Source of the DNA: an uncultured archaeon
Lineage (GTDB): Archaea; Aenigmatarchaeota; Aenigmatarchaeia; CG10238-14; SCSR01
Length of the DNA: 64,000 nucleotides
Direction: 5' to 3'
Assembly (NCBI GenBank): GCA_964539655.1
Contig: CAZIJH010000001.1
Coordinates: 74,052 to 138,051 of the forward strand
The notes under the pieces were generated by a model. That model had not been told where the DNA came from. It did no database searches and saw only the letters and a list, made by a program, of their open reading frames with translations. Shown one piece after another: positions 18,289 through 27,702 of this stretch (positions are counted from its first letter, which is position 1; each line of letters starts with the position of its first letter). Made by a program: the position numbers and the translations under genes.

Positions 18289-19440
18289 ATGAAGCTGGAA
18301 AAATTTTCTGACGAGTTCGGACCGGAATTGGTACTCGAAGTGTATGACCCGAAATCCGGAATGAAGGGGATAGTTGTTATCGACAACACCGCACTCGGCC
18401 AGGGGAAGGGAGGAATAAGGATGACTCCAACTGTCGACGTCGAGGAAGTTTTCCGTCTCGCGAGAACCATGACATGGAAGAACGCGCTCGCAGAGCTTCC
18501 GTTCGGAGGAGCAAAGTCCGGGATAATTGCCGACGTGAAGAATATTTCGAGGGAGAAAAAGAAGGAGCTGATCGAATCATTTTCGCGCGCATTGAGAATA
18601 GTGTGCCCGAAAAAATACATTGCGGCTCCAGACGTGAACACGGGCGAGGAGGAGATGAAATGGTTTGTCGAAGCTAACGGTGATTGGCGTTCAGCTACCG
18701 GAAAGCCTTCTGATTATTGCATGATCGTAACTGGCAAGAAAGGCCAGAAATGCGGAATACCACACGAGTTTGGTTCCACGGGATTTGGCGTCGCGCACTC
18801 CGCTTCAGTTGCGGCCGAGCACATAGGGCTTAAGATGAAAGGCGCTACTGTTGCCATTGAAGGATTTGGAAATGTTGGAACTTTTGCGTCCCAGTATCTT
18901 TTGGAAATGGGCGCGAAGATCGTCGCAGTGTCCGACAGCAAGGGAACTATTTATGAAAAGGACGGCTTGGATTTGGAAAAGCTGAAAGAGATAAAATTCA
19001 GGACAGGATCCGTTGTGAATTACGGAAAAGGGAAAGTTTTGTCTGGCAAGGAATTGTTTGAATTAGATGTTGACATTTTGATTCCGGCGGCATTGCCCGA
19101 CACGATAAACAAATCGAACGTCGATAAAATTAAAACAAAAATTGTTGTAGAGGCGGCCAACATTCCCACGACGCCCGATATGGAAGCTCAGCTTCACAAA
19201 AGAGGAATTCTTGTTGTTCCGGATTTCGTAGCGAATGCGGGCGGAGTGATTTCTTCTTATGCGGAATATCGCGGAGAGAATCCGACGAAGATGTTCGAGC
19301 TCGTCGAGAAAAAAGTAAGAAGAAATACGAAGCTGGTTTTGGACAGAGCGAAAAAAGAAAAATTGATTCCCAGAGACGCTGCGATGAAGATAGCTGTCGA
19401 GCGTGTGAAGAAAGCGATGGAGAAAAGAAATGGATCTTAA
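18289..19440 (+). CDS. Glu/Leu/Phe/Val-family amino-acid dehydrogenase
   Basis: Catalytic region FGGAKSGI and NAD-binding GFGNVG. At 383 aa it is shorter than typical GDH, so substrate is not assignable. Confidence 0.65.
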   Translation: MKLEKFSDEFGPELVLEVYDPKSGMKGIVVIDNTALGQGKGGIRMTPTVDVEEVFRLARTMTWKNALAELPFGGAKSGIIADVKNISREKKKELIESFSRALRIVCPKKYIAAPDVNTGEEEMKWFVEANGDWRSATGKPSDYCMIVTGKKGQKCGIPHEFGSTGFGVAHSASVAAEHIGLKMKGATVAIEGFGNVGTFASQYLLEMGAKIVAVSDSKGTIYEKDGLDLEKLKEIKFRTGSVVNYGKGKVLSGKELFELDVDILIPAALPDTINKSNVDKIKTKIVVEAANIPTTPDMEAQLHKRGILVVPDFVANAGGVISSYAEYRGENPTKMFELVEKKVRRNTKLVLDRAKKEKLIPRDAAMKIAVERVKKAMEKRNGS

Positions 19441-20122
19441 GCGGGTTTCCGTATCTTCGCTGTCGAAAAAATCCGAGATTGAAAAGATTCTTGCAAGCAA
19501 CGGATTCGAAATAGTCGACGAAAATCCTGATTTTGCAGTTTCGTACGGTGGTGACGGTTCGATACTGTACACGCAGAGAAGATATTCGGTTCCTGTTTTG
19601 GCAATTAAAAAATCGAGAATCTGCCACGAATATGAAATTCTTTTAGACGACTTTGTTAAAAGTTTAGAAAAAATAAGAGAAGGAAAATTTGAAATACAAA
19701 AAGAACTGAAGATCGAGGCAAAAACGAACGAAAAAATTCTTGTCGGGCTTAACGAAATACAGTTGCATAATCCTTTGCCTACCTCGGCTGTCAGATTTTC
19801 TGTGCAAGTTGACGGAAGATTTATGGACAACTTGATCGGGGATGGTGCTATTGTCGCAACTCCGTTCGGCTCGTCTGCCTACTATCAGTCAACCGGTGGG
19901 AAACCTTTCAAGAAAGGGATAGGAATTTCTTTCAACAATCTTTACGAAAAAAAGATTGAAAGCTTTGTTGTTCCGGAAGATTCGAAAATAATTTTGAAGA
20001 TAATTCGGGGTCCTGGACTAGTTTTGACTGACAACAATGAGAATTTTATAGAAGTTTTCAACAATGATGAGATAATGATCAAAAAGTCGAAAGAAGCCGC
20101 ACAGTTTATTAAAATTTTGTAA
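19430..20122 (+). CDS. nadK: NAD(+) kinase
   Basis: GGDGS motif and DGAIVATPFGSSAYYQSTGG (the NAD kinase DGxxxxTPxGSTAY motif). Confidence 0.75.
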   Translation: MDLKRVSVSSLSKKSEIEKILASNGFEIVDENPDFAVSYGGDGSILYTQRRYSVPVLAIKKSRICHEYEILLDDFVKSLEKIREGKFEIQKELKIEAKTNEKILVGLNEIQLHNPLPTSAVRFSVQVDGRFMDNLIGDGAIVATPFGSSAYYQSTGGKPFKKGIGISFNNLYEKKIESFVVPEDSKIILKIIRGPGLVLTDNNENFIEVFNNDEIMIKKSKEAAQFIKIL

Positions 20123-20133
20123 AATTAAAAAAA

Positions 20134-20240
20134 CGTCGGCGGCGGGACTTTCGCTTTCGCGGAAGTTTCGAACCCGCGAGAATCGTGGAGATTCTACTAG
20201 GTTATCGGCCTAGCGCCATAAACCTCTCGGCCACGCCGAC
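20134..20240 (-). tRNA. tRNA-like gene with class-II (Ser-like) architecture, aberrant anticodon loop CCGAUAA and insertions
   Basis: Minus strand: GTCGGCG-TG-GCCGAGAGGTTTATGGCG-CTAGG-CCGATAA-CCTAG-T-AGAATCTCCACGATTCT-C-GCGGG-TTCGAA[ACTTCCGCGAAAGCGAAAG]T-CCCGC-CGCCGAC-G. Perfect 7-bp acceptor, Ser/Leu-type D-arm, 17-nt variable hairpin. T-arm restored only if a 19-nt insert at 59/60 is removed. C33 and anticodon GAU do not fit a class-II tRNA. Confidence 0.4.
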
Positions 20241-20305
20241 GTTGCCCTCCATTAGCGTGGTCGATTTTGGTAAAGATTTATATAGTTTCGAGCAGTATAA
20301 ATAAC

Positions 20306-20370
20306 TAATCGTGGAGATTCTATTTAGGTAAAGTCTAGCGCCTTAAGCTGGCTCGGTTCGAACCAGCGAC
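20306..20370. other. Partial duplicate of the tRNA-like element
   Basis: Shares an identical 16-mer AATCGTGGAGATTCTA. On the minus strand it has the same GGCGCTAG…TAGAATCTCCACGATT block as the gene at 20134..20240. Ends in a perfect hairpin GCTGG-CTCGGTTCGAA-CCAGC followed by a T-tract. Confidence 0.3.
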
Positions 20371-20400
20371 TTTTTTTCTTCAAAAAAATCATCCAAATTC

Positions 20401-20514
20401 TTAACTATCAAGCTTGATGACGCTACCTTTTCCTCTTCTCTCGAATCCTTTCTTGTACGATTTGTATTTTTTCTTCTTCTTTGTTTCCGGGGAATAATTT
20501 TTCCAGTCTTCCAT
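20401..20514 (-). CDS. Small lysine-rich protein (37 aa), unannotated
   Basis: MEDWKNYSPETKKKKKYKSYKKGFERRGKGSVIKLDS, 19 nt downstream of the RDD gene on the same strand. Confidence 0.25.
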   Translation of the reverse strand: MEDWKNYSPETKKKKKYKSYKKGFERRGKGSVIKLDS

Positions 20515-20532
20515 AACTATCTTTAATTATTT

Positions 20533-20943
20533 TTATTCCTGCACCACAACAGTCTTGGCAATCAAGTCACCGATTCTCTGTTTTTTCTTCGTCACAACGA
20601 TAAGAATCAAACCGACCAATCCGGCAAACTGGTTGTCGATCAGCCTCAGAACATTCCTGATGAACGCTTCGGTGAAAGTAATTTTCTGGCCGTTTTCCTT
20701 CACGACTCTGATGTCGACCGCCTTCTTTCCGACTGTCTGACCTTTCCAAACGGTTTCAAGGCCGATTGTATAAACGAACATCGCTACCAGCATCGAGAAT
20801 ATCCCGCCGATTAGAAATCCGACGTTCATCGTGAAAAGAGCAGACACAAAACTCAAGCCCATTATGAAAATCGCAACGAACAACAGTACGATAAGGTCGA
20901 TTATCCACGCCGCTATCCTTTGCAAAGCGGTTGCGTATTTCAT
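20533..20943 (-). CDS. RDD-family membrane protein
   Basis: KGQTVGKK…KQRIGDLIAKTVVV and two TM segments. Confidence 0.65.
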   Translation of the reverse strand: MKYATALQRIAAWIIDLIVLLFVAIFIMGLSFVSALFTMNVGFLIGGIFSMLVAMFVYTIGLETVWKGQTVGKKAVDIRVVKENGQKITFTEAFIRNVLRLIDNQFAGLVGLILIVVTKKKQRIGDLIAKTVVVQE

Positions 20944-20980
20944 AATTTTGTATGGTTTTTATCGAACTTAAATTTCAATT

Positions 20981-21271
20981 TTATGATTTGAGGTGGATCA
21001 AAACCTTTCCGACAACATCTGTTTTATCGATTTGGCCGAACGATCTGCTGTCTCTGCTTCCTGATTGATTGTCCCCAACAACAAATAATTTGTCCCCAAA
21101 GATTTTACTGATCCTTTTGACAAAAAATTTATTTTCAAATCTAAAAACAATAATTTCTCCTGCCAGAAATTTTCTGGGTATTTTGCTGACGACCACATAG
21201 TCTCCACTTTTCAAAGTAGGAGCCATGCTTTCTTCCTCGACTTTGAATCGCATTAGCGGGAACATAATCAA
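20981..21271 (-). CDS. sodX: Ni-SOD maturation protease SodX (S26 signal-peptidase-like)
   Basis: 96 aa with S26 boxes SMAPTLKSGD and GDNQSGSRDSRSFG. Immediately downstream of, and overlapping, sodN. Confidence 0.65.
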   Translation of the reverse strand: MIMFPLMRFKVEEESMAPTLKSGDYVVVSKIPRKFLAGEIIVFRFENKFFVKRISKIFGDKLFVVGDNQSGSRDSRSFGQIDKTDVVGKVLIHLKS

Positions 21272-21747
21272 ACTTTGTTCGCTTTCTTTTGGTCTTCAGC
21301 CTGCTGCCACATCTCGCCTACCTCGCGGACCGCCTCGACCAGCTGGCTTGCGGAATCCTCGTTGATTTCCTGCTTGTTCTTGGAGCAGAGCTTGCACGCG
21401 TTCCAGACCTTTTCATGCAAGTCCGGGAACATTTCCAAATGTTCGTGCTTGAAATAATCCGTCCACAAAATCAAAATTTCTCTTTTGCAAATCTCTGAAT
21501 GCTCTTCCTTGACTTTCACCATTCTAACAAAATTGTTTCGCGATTGCAATGTTTCTTCTGATGGAAGGGCTTTTATTTTCTGAACCATCGTAAGTACTGT
21601 CCGCGCGGCCATCATTGACGGAAATTTGTCATAGATTCCGCACGGTATGTCGCAATGCGCGTATGCTATCTCGGCAGGTTTTATCAGATCGAGAAGTTCG
21701 AACAGTTTTCGCACGAGATTCATAATAACTGATTGGCTTGAAATCAT
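21268..21747 (-). CDS. sodN: Nickel superoxide dismutase precursor
   Basis: Propeptide followed by the Ni-hook HCDIPCGIYD (compare Streptomyces HCDLPCGVYD); 159 aa. Confidence 0.8.
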   Translation of the reverse strand: MISSQSVIMNLVRKLFELLDLIKPAEIAYAHCDIPCGIYDKFPSMMAARTVLTMVQKIKALPSEETLQSRNNFVRMVKVKEEHSEICKREILILWTDYFKHEHLEMFPDLHEKVWNACKLCSKNKQEINEDSASQLVEAVREVGEMWQQAEDQKKANKV

Positions 21748-21800
21748 TTAAACCTGATCCACAAAAAATCAAACACAGTCCGCTTGGAAGCTATTTAAAA

Positions 21801-22127
21801 ATGATTCACGGTTTAAAATCTATGGGGTCTGTAACTCTGCTGTTCATCAGCATCATCGAGGTATTTGCAGGATTCCTTGTATTTTTCCACTCGTTTCCTA
21901 TACACAACGTGTTCATCTATCTCGCAATATTTTATTTGCTGAAAGGAATCTGGTCAATCGTGTCTAGCATCGCTTACGGATTTTTTTACGATTGGATGGG
22001 AGCTTTGGATTTTATCGCGGGTATAGCATTGATGCTTATTTTCTACGGGACGATTTTTGATTTCTTCTGGATAATCGGAGTAGCGCATATCCTGAAAGGA
22101 TTGTATTCGCTGATTTTTTCGCTATGA
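21801..22127 (+). CDS. Small polytopic membrane protein
   Basis: Four hydrophobic helices. Start moved to an internal Met because the listed start (21738) overlaps the divergent sodN start. Confidence 0.4.
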   Translation: MIHGLKSMGSVTLLFISIIEVFAGFLVFFHSFPIHNVFIYLAIFYLLKGIWSIVSSIAYGFFYDWMGALDFIAGIALMLIFYGTIFDFFWIIGVAHILKGLYSLIFSL

Positions 22128-22820
22128 AATTCGGCTCAGGTTTTTAACAAGATCAACGAAGTTACATAATACTTTCCATTCAACATACGTTTCAGGGCGT
22201 GAAAACGACGAGACAGGTGAAACCTTTTCTCCAATTGTTCGGTACTTTTTATTTTCTTTCAGGAATTTTTTCCCACTTTCGACGCTCTCCTCTGGATGGA
22301 ATTGAATGCCGTAGACGACGGATCTGTTTGTCGAATAATAGAGGACAGCTTGACTGTAATTATTTTTTGCCAAAACTTTGTATTCTTCAATTCCTTTGAC
22401 GACTTTGTTGTGAAGCGAGAACGGCCTTATCGTGTCTGGCAGTCCGCGGAATAACGGATTCGACTTCCCGTTTTTTGTCAGATAAATTTCCGGCCATCCG
22501 ACTTCCCGTGAGACGCGCACAACATCGTACTGGAAAAATTTTCCAAGTACTTGGTTGCCCGCGCAGATGCCCAAAATATTGGCGCCATTCTTGGCAGCTT
22601 TGAGAATTCTTGGCTTGATCAATTCTATTTCACGGGACTCCAGCAAGTCCGGCTTGTCAGAACCGCTTAAGACAATTACATTGCAATTGTACAATTCGTC
22701 GAATTCGGATGACTTGGCTCCGTTGAAAAGTCTCAGAATTTTCGCGTCAATTCCAAGCGAACTCGAAATTTTGTCGGTTTCTTCAAACGCCCTTTCGTGC
22801 AAATCCACAATAATGTTCAT
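22122..22820 (-). CDS. Class I glutamine amidotransferase-like protein
   Basis: GICAGNQVL (nucleophile elbow) and FHPE motifs. Confidence 0.55.
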   Translation of the reverse strand: MNIIVDLHERAFEETDKISSSLGIDAKILRLFNGAKSSEFDELYNCNVIVLSGSDKPDLLESREIELIKPRILKAAKNGANILGICAGNQVLGKFFQYDVVRVSREVGWPEIYLTKNGKSNPLFRGLPDTIRPFSLHNKVVKGIEEYKVLAKNNYSQAVLYYSTNRSVVYGIQFHPEESVESGKKFLKENKKYRTIGEKVSPVSSFSRPETYVEWKVLCNFVDLVKNLSRIS

Positions 22821-22856
22821 GAATAGATTAACAGCATTAAGAATTTAAAATTTGGT

Positions 22857-25800
22857 TTAAGAGCATCCGCTCGTGGTTCCGCACGAAGTGCACACGTAGC
22901 ACGATCCGCTTCTCACCATGAACGATCCGCAATCGGAGCAGACCTGCGCGTCGTCGAAATTCTCGTCCTCGTCTTCTGATTTCTTGCTCTCGTCTGCGAA
23001 CACATTGAGCTTCGCCTGCTTCTCGGTCTCCGACAGTTCGTACGTCTTCGCTCCGTTGATTCCGAGCGACCTGTGTTCGCTCTCCGGAAGGAACTTCAGT
23101 CCGAGCCATCTGAAAATATAATCGACAATGGATTTCGCTACCTGTATCTGCGGATTGTCCGTCCATCCGCTCGGCTCGAATCTCGTGTGCACGAACTTGT
23201 CGACGAGAACTTTCAGCGGAGTTCCGTACTGCAGCGCCATCGCGATTGCAAGGCCGAACGAGTCCATCATTCCCGCGAGCGAGCTTCCCTCTTTCGCCAT
23301 CTTGACGAATATTTCTCCGGGAGTCCCGTCCTCGTAGAGCCCGACCGTGAGATATCCTTCCTGGTTGCCGACTCTGAACTTGTGAGTTATAGATTTTCTT
23401 TCTGCCGGCAGTTTCCTTCTCGCAGGCAATTTCACTTCCTTCTTCTCGTCGGTCTTCGTGTTCAAAGGCTGCGAAAGTTTTGATCCGTCGCGATAAAGAG
23501 CTATGGATTTCAGCCCGAGCTTCCAGCTCTGCATGTAAGCGTTCTTCACGTCGTCGATCGTGGAATCGTTCGGCATGTTTATCGTTTTGCTGATTGATCC
23601 CGACAGGAATGGCTGGACTGCAGACATCATTAAGATATGGCCCATGTATCCTATCATCCTCTTTCCTTTTCGTCCGCATTTGTTTGCGCAGTCGAAGACA
23701 CGGTAGTGTTCTTCTTTCAAATGCGGCGCGCCTTCGATGGTCATTGTTCCGCAGATAAAATCGTTTGCAACTTCGATCTCCTGGTCAGAAAATCCGAGAG
23801 CCTTCAGCAGGTCGAATTTTGGATTGTCGTACTGCTCTGCTTTGAAATTCAATTTCTCTATCGTGTCCTTTCCCAAGTTCCAAAATGTGAATGCCTGCTT
23901 CAAATCGAAAACAGACGGCAAATTTTTTTCTACCTTCTGCAGATCCTCCTGCGAGAAACCTTTCATCTTGAGCGTGAACTCGTTTATGTAAGGAGACCCT
24001 CTCAGGCTGTTAGTGCCTGCGATGTATTTTATTATGTCGCCGATTTCGTCTTGCGAATATCCGAGATTCTTCAGAGATAGCGAGACAGACTGGTTTACGA
24101 TCTTGAAATAGCCTCCGCCTGCCAGCTTCTTGAATTTCACGATTGCAAAATCAGGCTCTATTCCGGTTGTGTCGCAATCCATCTGCAGGCTGATCGTTCC
24201 TGTCGGCGCGATAAGTACTGATTGCGCGTTCCTGTATCCGTATTTTTCCCCTAGTTCCAGTGCGCGGTCCCACGCGTTGATCGCCGCGTTCAACAAGTAT
24301 CCGGGACACATTTTGTGATTTATTCCTACGGGTTTTATCTCGACTTTCTCGTACTCCTTCTCGTCCGCATTGTACGCTGCCCTTCTGTGATTTCTTATTA
24401 CACGCAGCATATCGTCCTTGTTCTCTTCGTATTTTGGAAACGGCCCGAGTACGCTTGCGATTTCTGCGGAGGTAGCGTACGATTCTCCTCCCATTATGCC
24501 GCTTATCGCCGCCGCGATCGCCCTCGAGTCTTCGCTGTCGTAGGGGATTCCCGACACCATCAGCATCGTCCCGAGATTTGTGTAGCCGAGGCCGAGCGTC
24601 CTGAATTCGTAGCTTCTCTTTGCGATTTCCGCGCTCGGATACTGCGCCATGAATACGCTTATCTCCAGAACTATTGTCCAGATCCTTACCGCGTGCTTGA
24701 ACGCGTCGACGTCGAATGTCTTCGTGTCCGGATCGAAAAATTTCATGATGTTCAGCGATGCGAGGTTGCATGCGGTGTCGTCGAGAAACATATATTCTGA
24801 GCATGGATTGCTTGCACGGATCTTTCCCGAATTCGGACACGTGTGCCAGTCGTTGATGATCGTGTCGAATTGGAGTCCGGGATCTGCGCATGCCCATGCG
24901 GCCTGTCCTACCTGGTTCCACATGTCCCTAGCTTTCAGAGTCTTGCATACTTTTCCGTTCGTCCTCCATTTCAAATCCCATGTGTCGTCGTTTGCGACTG
25001 ATTCCATGAATTTGTTGCTCACGCGCACCGAGTTGTTCGAATTCTGCCCGCTCACCGTGCTGTACGCTTCGCCTTCGTAATCGGACGGATAACCGGCCGC
25101 AATAAGCGCCGCGACTTTTTTCTCCTCGTTGTATTTCCAGTTGATAAATTTCTCGATCTCGGGATGGTCGTCGTCAAGAATCACCATCTTCGACGCGCGT
25201 CTCGTGGTTCCTCCGGATTTTATCGAGCCTGCTGTGACGTCTCCGATTTTCAAGAAGCTCAAAACTCCGGAAGATTTTCCTCCGCCTGAAAGAGGCTCGC
25301 CCTCACCTCGTATGTTCGAAAAGTTTGTTCCGCTTCCCGATCCGTATTTGTAAATTCTCGCCTCTCTCATCCAGAGGTCCATTATTCCTCCAGGGTTAAC
25401 GAGGTCGTCCTTGATCGACTGTATGAAGCACGCGTGCACCTGCGGTCTCGAATAAGAATCCTTTGATTGGATCAGCTGCCCGGTCTGCGGATCAAAATAA
25501 TAATGCCCTTGCGCTGGCCCGTTTATGTCGTACACAAGATTCAGTCCTGTGTTGAACCACTGCGGAGAATTCGGGGAAGCTATCTGGTTCACAAGCATGT
25601 GAGCAAGCTCGTCGTAGAAAATCTGCGCATCCTCTTCCGTAGCAAAATATCCGCCGACCTTCCCCCAATGGGTCCATCCGGAAGCGAGCCTATGCAAAAT
25701 CTGCTTCGCCGAATTTTCAGATCCGAGTACCGGCTTGCCCGACGAATCCAAAATTATGTTTCCGTTCTTGTCTTTCTGCGGAACTCCCGCCTTCCTGAAA

Positions 25801-26141
25801 TATTTCTGTGCCAGAACATCAGTGGCGACCTGCGACCAGAATTTTGGAACCTCGACATTATCCATTTCAAAAACAACTGAACCGTCTGGATTTTTTATGA
25901 TCGAGCTTCGTGTGTCCCACTCGACTTGGTCAAGAGGATTTTTCCCAGCTTCCGTATAAAATCTCGGAATTTTCAGTCCGGTCGCCTGCTGTTCTACGAG
26001 CGATTCTTGGAATTCGTCTGCTATTGCTAATACCTCGCTTTGTGGGTCAAATTTTTTAGATTTTTCATCAACGGAAAAAAATTTCGCGTTGAATTTTACG
26101 TAATGGGCAACAAATAAATGGACTCGTAGATATTTAAGCAA
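22857..26141 (-). CDS. nrdJ: Class II (adenosylcobalamin-dependent) ribonucleotide reductase with C-terminal zinc ribbon
   Basis: 1094 aa with a ten-stranded alpha/beta-barrel RNR core (…NPCSEYMFLDDTACNLASLN…) and C-terminal CSDCGSFMVRSGSCYVCTSCG. No NrdB partner is present in the window. Confidence 0.8.
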   Translation of the reverse strand: MLKYLRVHLFVAHYVKFNAKFFSVDEKSKKFDPQSEVLAIADEFQESLVEQQATGLKIPRFYTEAGKNPLDQVEWDTRSSIIKNPDGSVVFEMDNVEVPKFWSQVATDVLAQKYFRKAGVPQKDKNGNIILDSSGKPVLGSENSAKQILHRLASGWTHWGKVGGYFATEEDAQIFYDELAHMLVNQIASPNSPQWFNTGLNLVYDINGPAQGHYYFDPQTGQLIQSKDSYSRPQVHACFIQSIKDDLVNPGGIMDLWMREARIYKYGSGSGTNFSNIRGEGEPLSGGGKSSGVLSFLKIGDVTAGSIKSGGTTRRASKMVILDDDHPEIEKFINWKYNEEKKVAALIAAGYPSDYEGEAYSTVSGQNSNNSVRVSNKFMESVANDDTWDLKWRTNGKVCKTLKARDMWNQVGQAAWACADPGLQFDTIINDWHTCPNSGKIRASNPCSEYMFLDDTACNLASLNIMKFFDPDTKTFDVDAFKHAVRIWTIVLEISVFMAQYPSAEIAKRSYEFRTLGLGYTNLGTMLMVSGIPYDSEDSRAIAAAISGIMGGESYATSAEIASVLGPFPKYEENKDDMLRVIRNHRRAAYNADEKEYEKVEIKPVGINHKMCPGYLLNAAINAWDRALELGEKYGYRNAQSVLIAPTGTISLQMDCDTTGIEPDFAIVKFKKLAGGGYFKIVNQSVSLSLKNLGYSQDEIGDIIKYIAGTNSLRGSPYINEFTLKMKGFSQEDLQKVEKNLPSVFDLKQAFTFWNLGKDTIEKLNFKAEQYDNPKFDLLKALGFSDQEIEVANDFICGTMTIEGAPHLKEEHYRVFDCANKCGRKGKRMIGYMGHILMMSAVQPFLSGSISKTINMPNDSTIDDVKNAYMQSWKLGLKSIALYRDGSKLSQPLNTKTDEKKEVKLPARRKLPAERKSITHKFRVGNQEGYLTVGLYEDGTPGEIFVKMAKEGSSLAGMMDSFGLAIAMALQYGTPLKVLVDKFVHTRFEPSGWTDNPQIQVAKSIVDYIFRWLGLKFLPESEHRSLGINGAKTYELSETEKQAKLNVFADESKKSEDEDENFDDAQVCSDCGSFMVRSGSCYVCTSCGTTSGCS

Positions 26142-26206
26142 ATTTTGTCTTTCAAATATATTTTTAAAAATATACTCGCAAAAAATCAGTTCGGAAAAAA
26201 ATTAAT

Positions 26207-26827
26207 TTATTCTTCTTCCTGCTCGTATTCCTGGATTTCTCCGATGAAATCGTCGAGCTTGTGCGTGAATTCGGAGTCTTCCTTGATCTCCCCGCGCAAT
26301 TTCTGTATTTCCCTGGCCATCAGCCAGAAAATTAGACCGAGCGAGCGTTCGCTCTTGTTGTTTGCCGGTATCACGAGGTCGATGTCCTTCGTGTCGTCGA
26401 ACGTGCTTGCGACCGCGACGATGGGCACTCTTGCGCTTACTGCTTCCTTCAGCGCCTGATAGTCCGTGAGGGGGTCAGCGATGACCATCGCCTGCGCCTC
26501 GAAGAATTTTTTATAAGAAGGATTCGTCAGCGTCCCGGGCATGAATCTTCCGGTCACGATTTGTGCTCCGATCACCTCTCCGAATTTCTCTATCGCGGTC
26601 CTTCCGATCGTTTTCCTGCTGACAACTATTATCCTTTTCATCCTGCTGAGGAAATTCGCCGCGATGCGCACCCTCTCGTCGATCATCTTCCAGTCGAGGA
26701 TGGCGAGCCCGTCGGGCCTTATCTTGTATATGAAGCCCTTCATCTGGCTCGTCCTTTGCTTCATGCCTATGTGGACCCCGAACTTGAGGTAGTCCTCCTT
26801 GGCAACCAAAGGTTTCGATGCTGACAT
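26207..26827 (-). CDS. rps2: 30S ribosomal protein S2 (uS2)
   Basis: Archaeal/eukaryotic-type S2 sequence with an acidic C-terminus. Confidence 0.85.
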   Translation of the reverse strand: MSASKPLVAKEDYLKFGVHIGMKQRTSQMKGFIYKIRPDGLAILDWKMIDERVRIAANFLSRMKRIIVVSRKTIGRTAIEKFGEVIGAQIVTGRFMPGTLTNPSYKKFFEAQAMVIADPLTDYQALKEAVSARVPIVAVASTFDDTKDIDLVIPANNKSERSLGLIFWLMAREIQKLRGEIKEDSEFTHKLDDFIGEIQEYEQEEE

Positions 26828-26873
26828 AGAAATCTATTTCAATCTTCAAGTTTTTAAAGTTTAAAAAACACGC

Positions 26874-27677
26874 CTAGCCGATGTAAGTCAGCTTCTCTTT
26901 GTCGCTCGGGGCCTTCTCTCCCGGCTGCCTCATCATCATCTGCTGCATCGTCTGCTTCTCCACGGACTGCATCTTCTTGATGAACTCTTCCATTTCTTTT
27001 ATTTTCTTCTCGAGTTTTCCCGTGTCCAGTTTTATTCCGAGTATCTTTGTCATTATTTTCAGTATCTCCTCTGCCGATTTCGGATCTGGAATTATCGGAA
27101 GCCCCACGGTCTCGCCGAGAAGGCACACTCCCTTTATCCCGTAGTATCTTCCGAGCCCGAGCAGCAGTCCGCTTGCGCCAACTATCGTTCCCACCCTGCT
27201 TCCCGCGTCGAAATCTATGCCTACGTTCTTGTATTTCTTCGCCATGTCAGGGTCACTCACTGCGCCGATCACTTTCGGTTTTGCTTTCTTCTCGCCGACG
27301 CTCAGTCCTGCAAGCGTGAACATCTCTTTCACGCCGAGTTTTTTTATAAAATCAAGTATGGTGTTGACGATTTCGTAATGGCCTTCCGGATCGATGCTCT
27401 GCGAATCTCCGATAAGTATGACTAGATCTCTCTGTCCCCTGTTCTTCGCCTTCAAATAATAAAATTCGTTTTTCAAAACGTGCACGGCGGAAGACTGGTG
27501 CAAAAGGACGAAAGGCATGAAATGGGACGACGTGAGCTCTGCGAATTTTTTCGCGCCAAGTTCCTCGACCATGTACCCTGCTGCGATCCTTCCGACGTTT
27601 CCCACGCCGGGAAGGCCTTCGATGAAAATAGGATCCTTTAGTTTCGGCTTCTCGAGCTCGATGACTTTCGTTGCCAT
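26874..27677 (-). CDS. PAC2-family proteasome assembly chaperone
   Basis: IEGLPGVGNVGRIAAGYMVEEL N-terminal motif and overall PAC2/DUF75 pattern. Confidence 0.65.
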   Translation of the reverse strand: MATKVIELEKPKLKDPIFIEGLPGVGNVGRIAAGYMVEELGAKKFAELTSSHFMPFVLLHQSSAVHVLKNEFYYLKAKNRGQRDLVILIGDSQSIDPEGHYEIVNTILDFIKKLGVKEMFTLAGLSVGEKKAKPKVIGAVSDPDMAKKYKNVGIDFDAGSRVGTIVGASGLLLGLGRYYGIKGVCLLGETVGLPIIPDPKSAEEILKIMTKILGIKLDTGKLEKKIKEMEEFIKKMQSVEKQTMQQMMMRQPGEKAPSDKEKLTYIG

Positions 27678-27702
27678 ATAGAATTATTGTATCTTATATT
27701 AT

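Noticed and set aside
20134-20375. Possibility that the duplicated 16-mer marks attL/attR of an integrated element at the tRNA-like gene
   Set aside because: The repeats are only ~125 bp apart with no cargo genes between them, which is too short for an integrated element.
22837-24921. R-rich minus-strand ORFs 22837..23679 and 24151..24921
   Set aside because: They lie in alternative frames inside the class II RNR gene; extreme Arg content is typical of out-of-frame artefacts.
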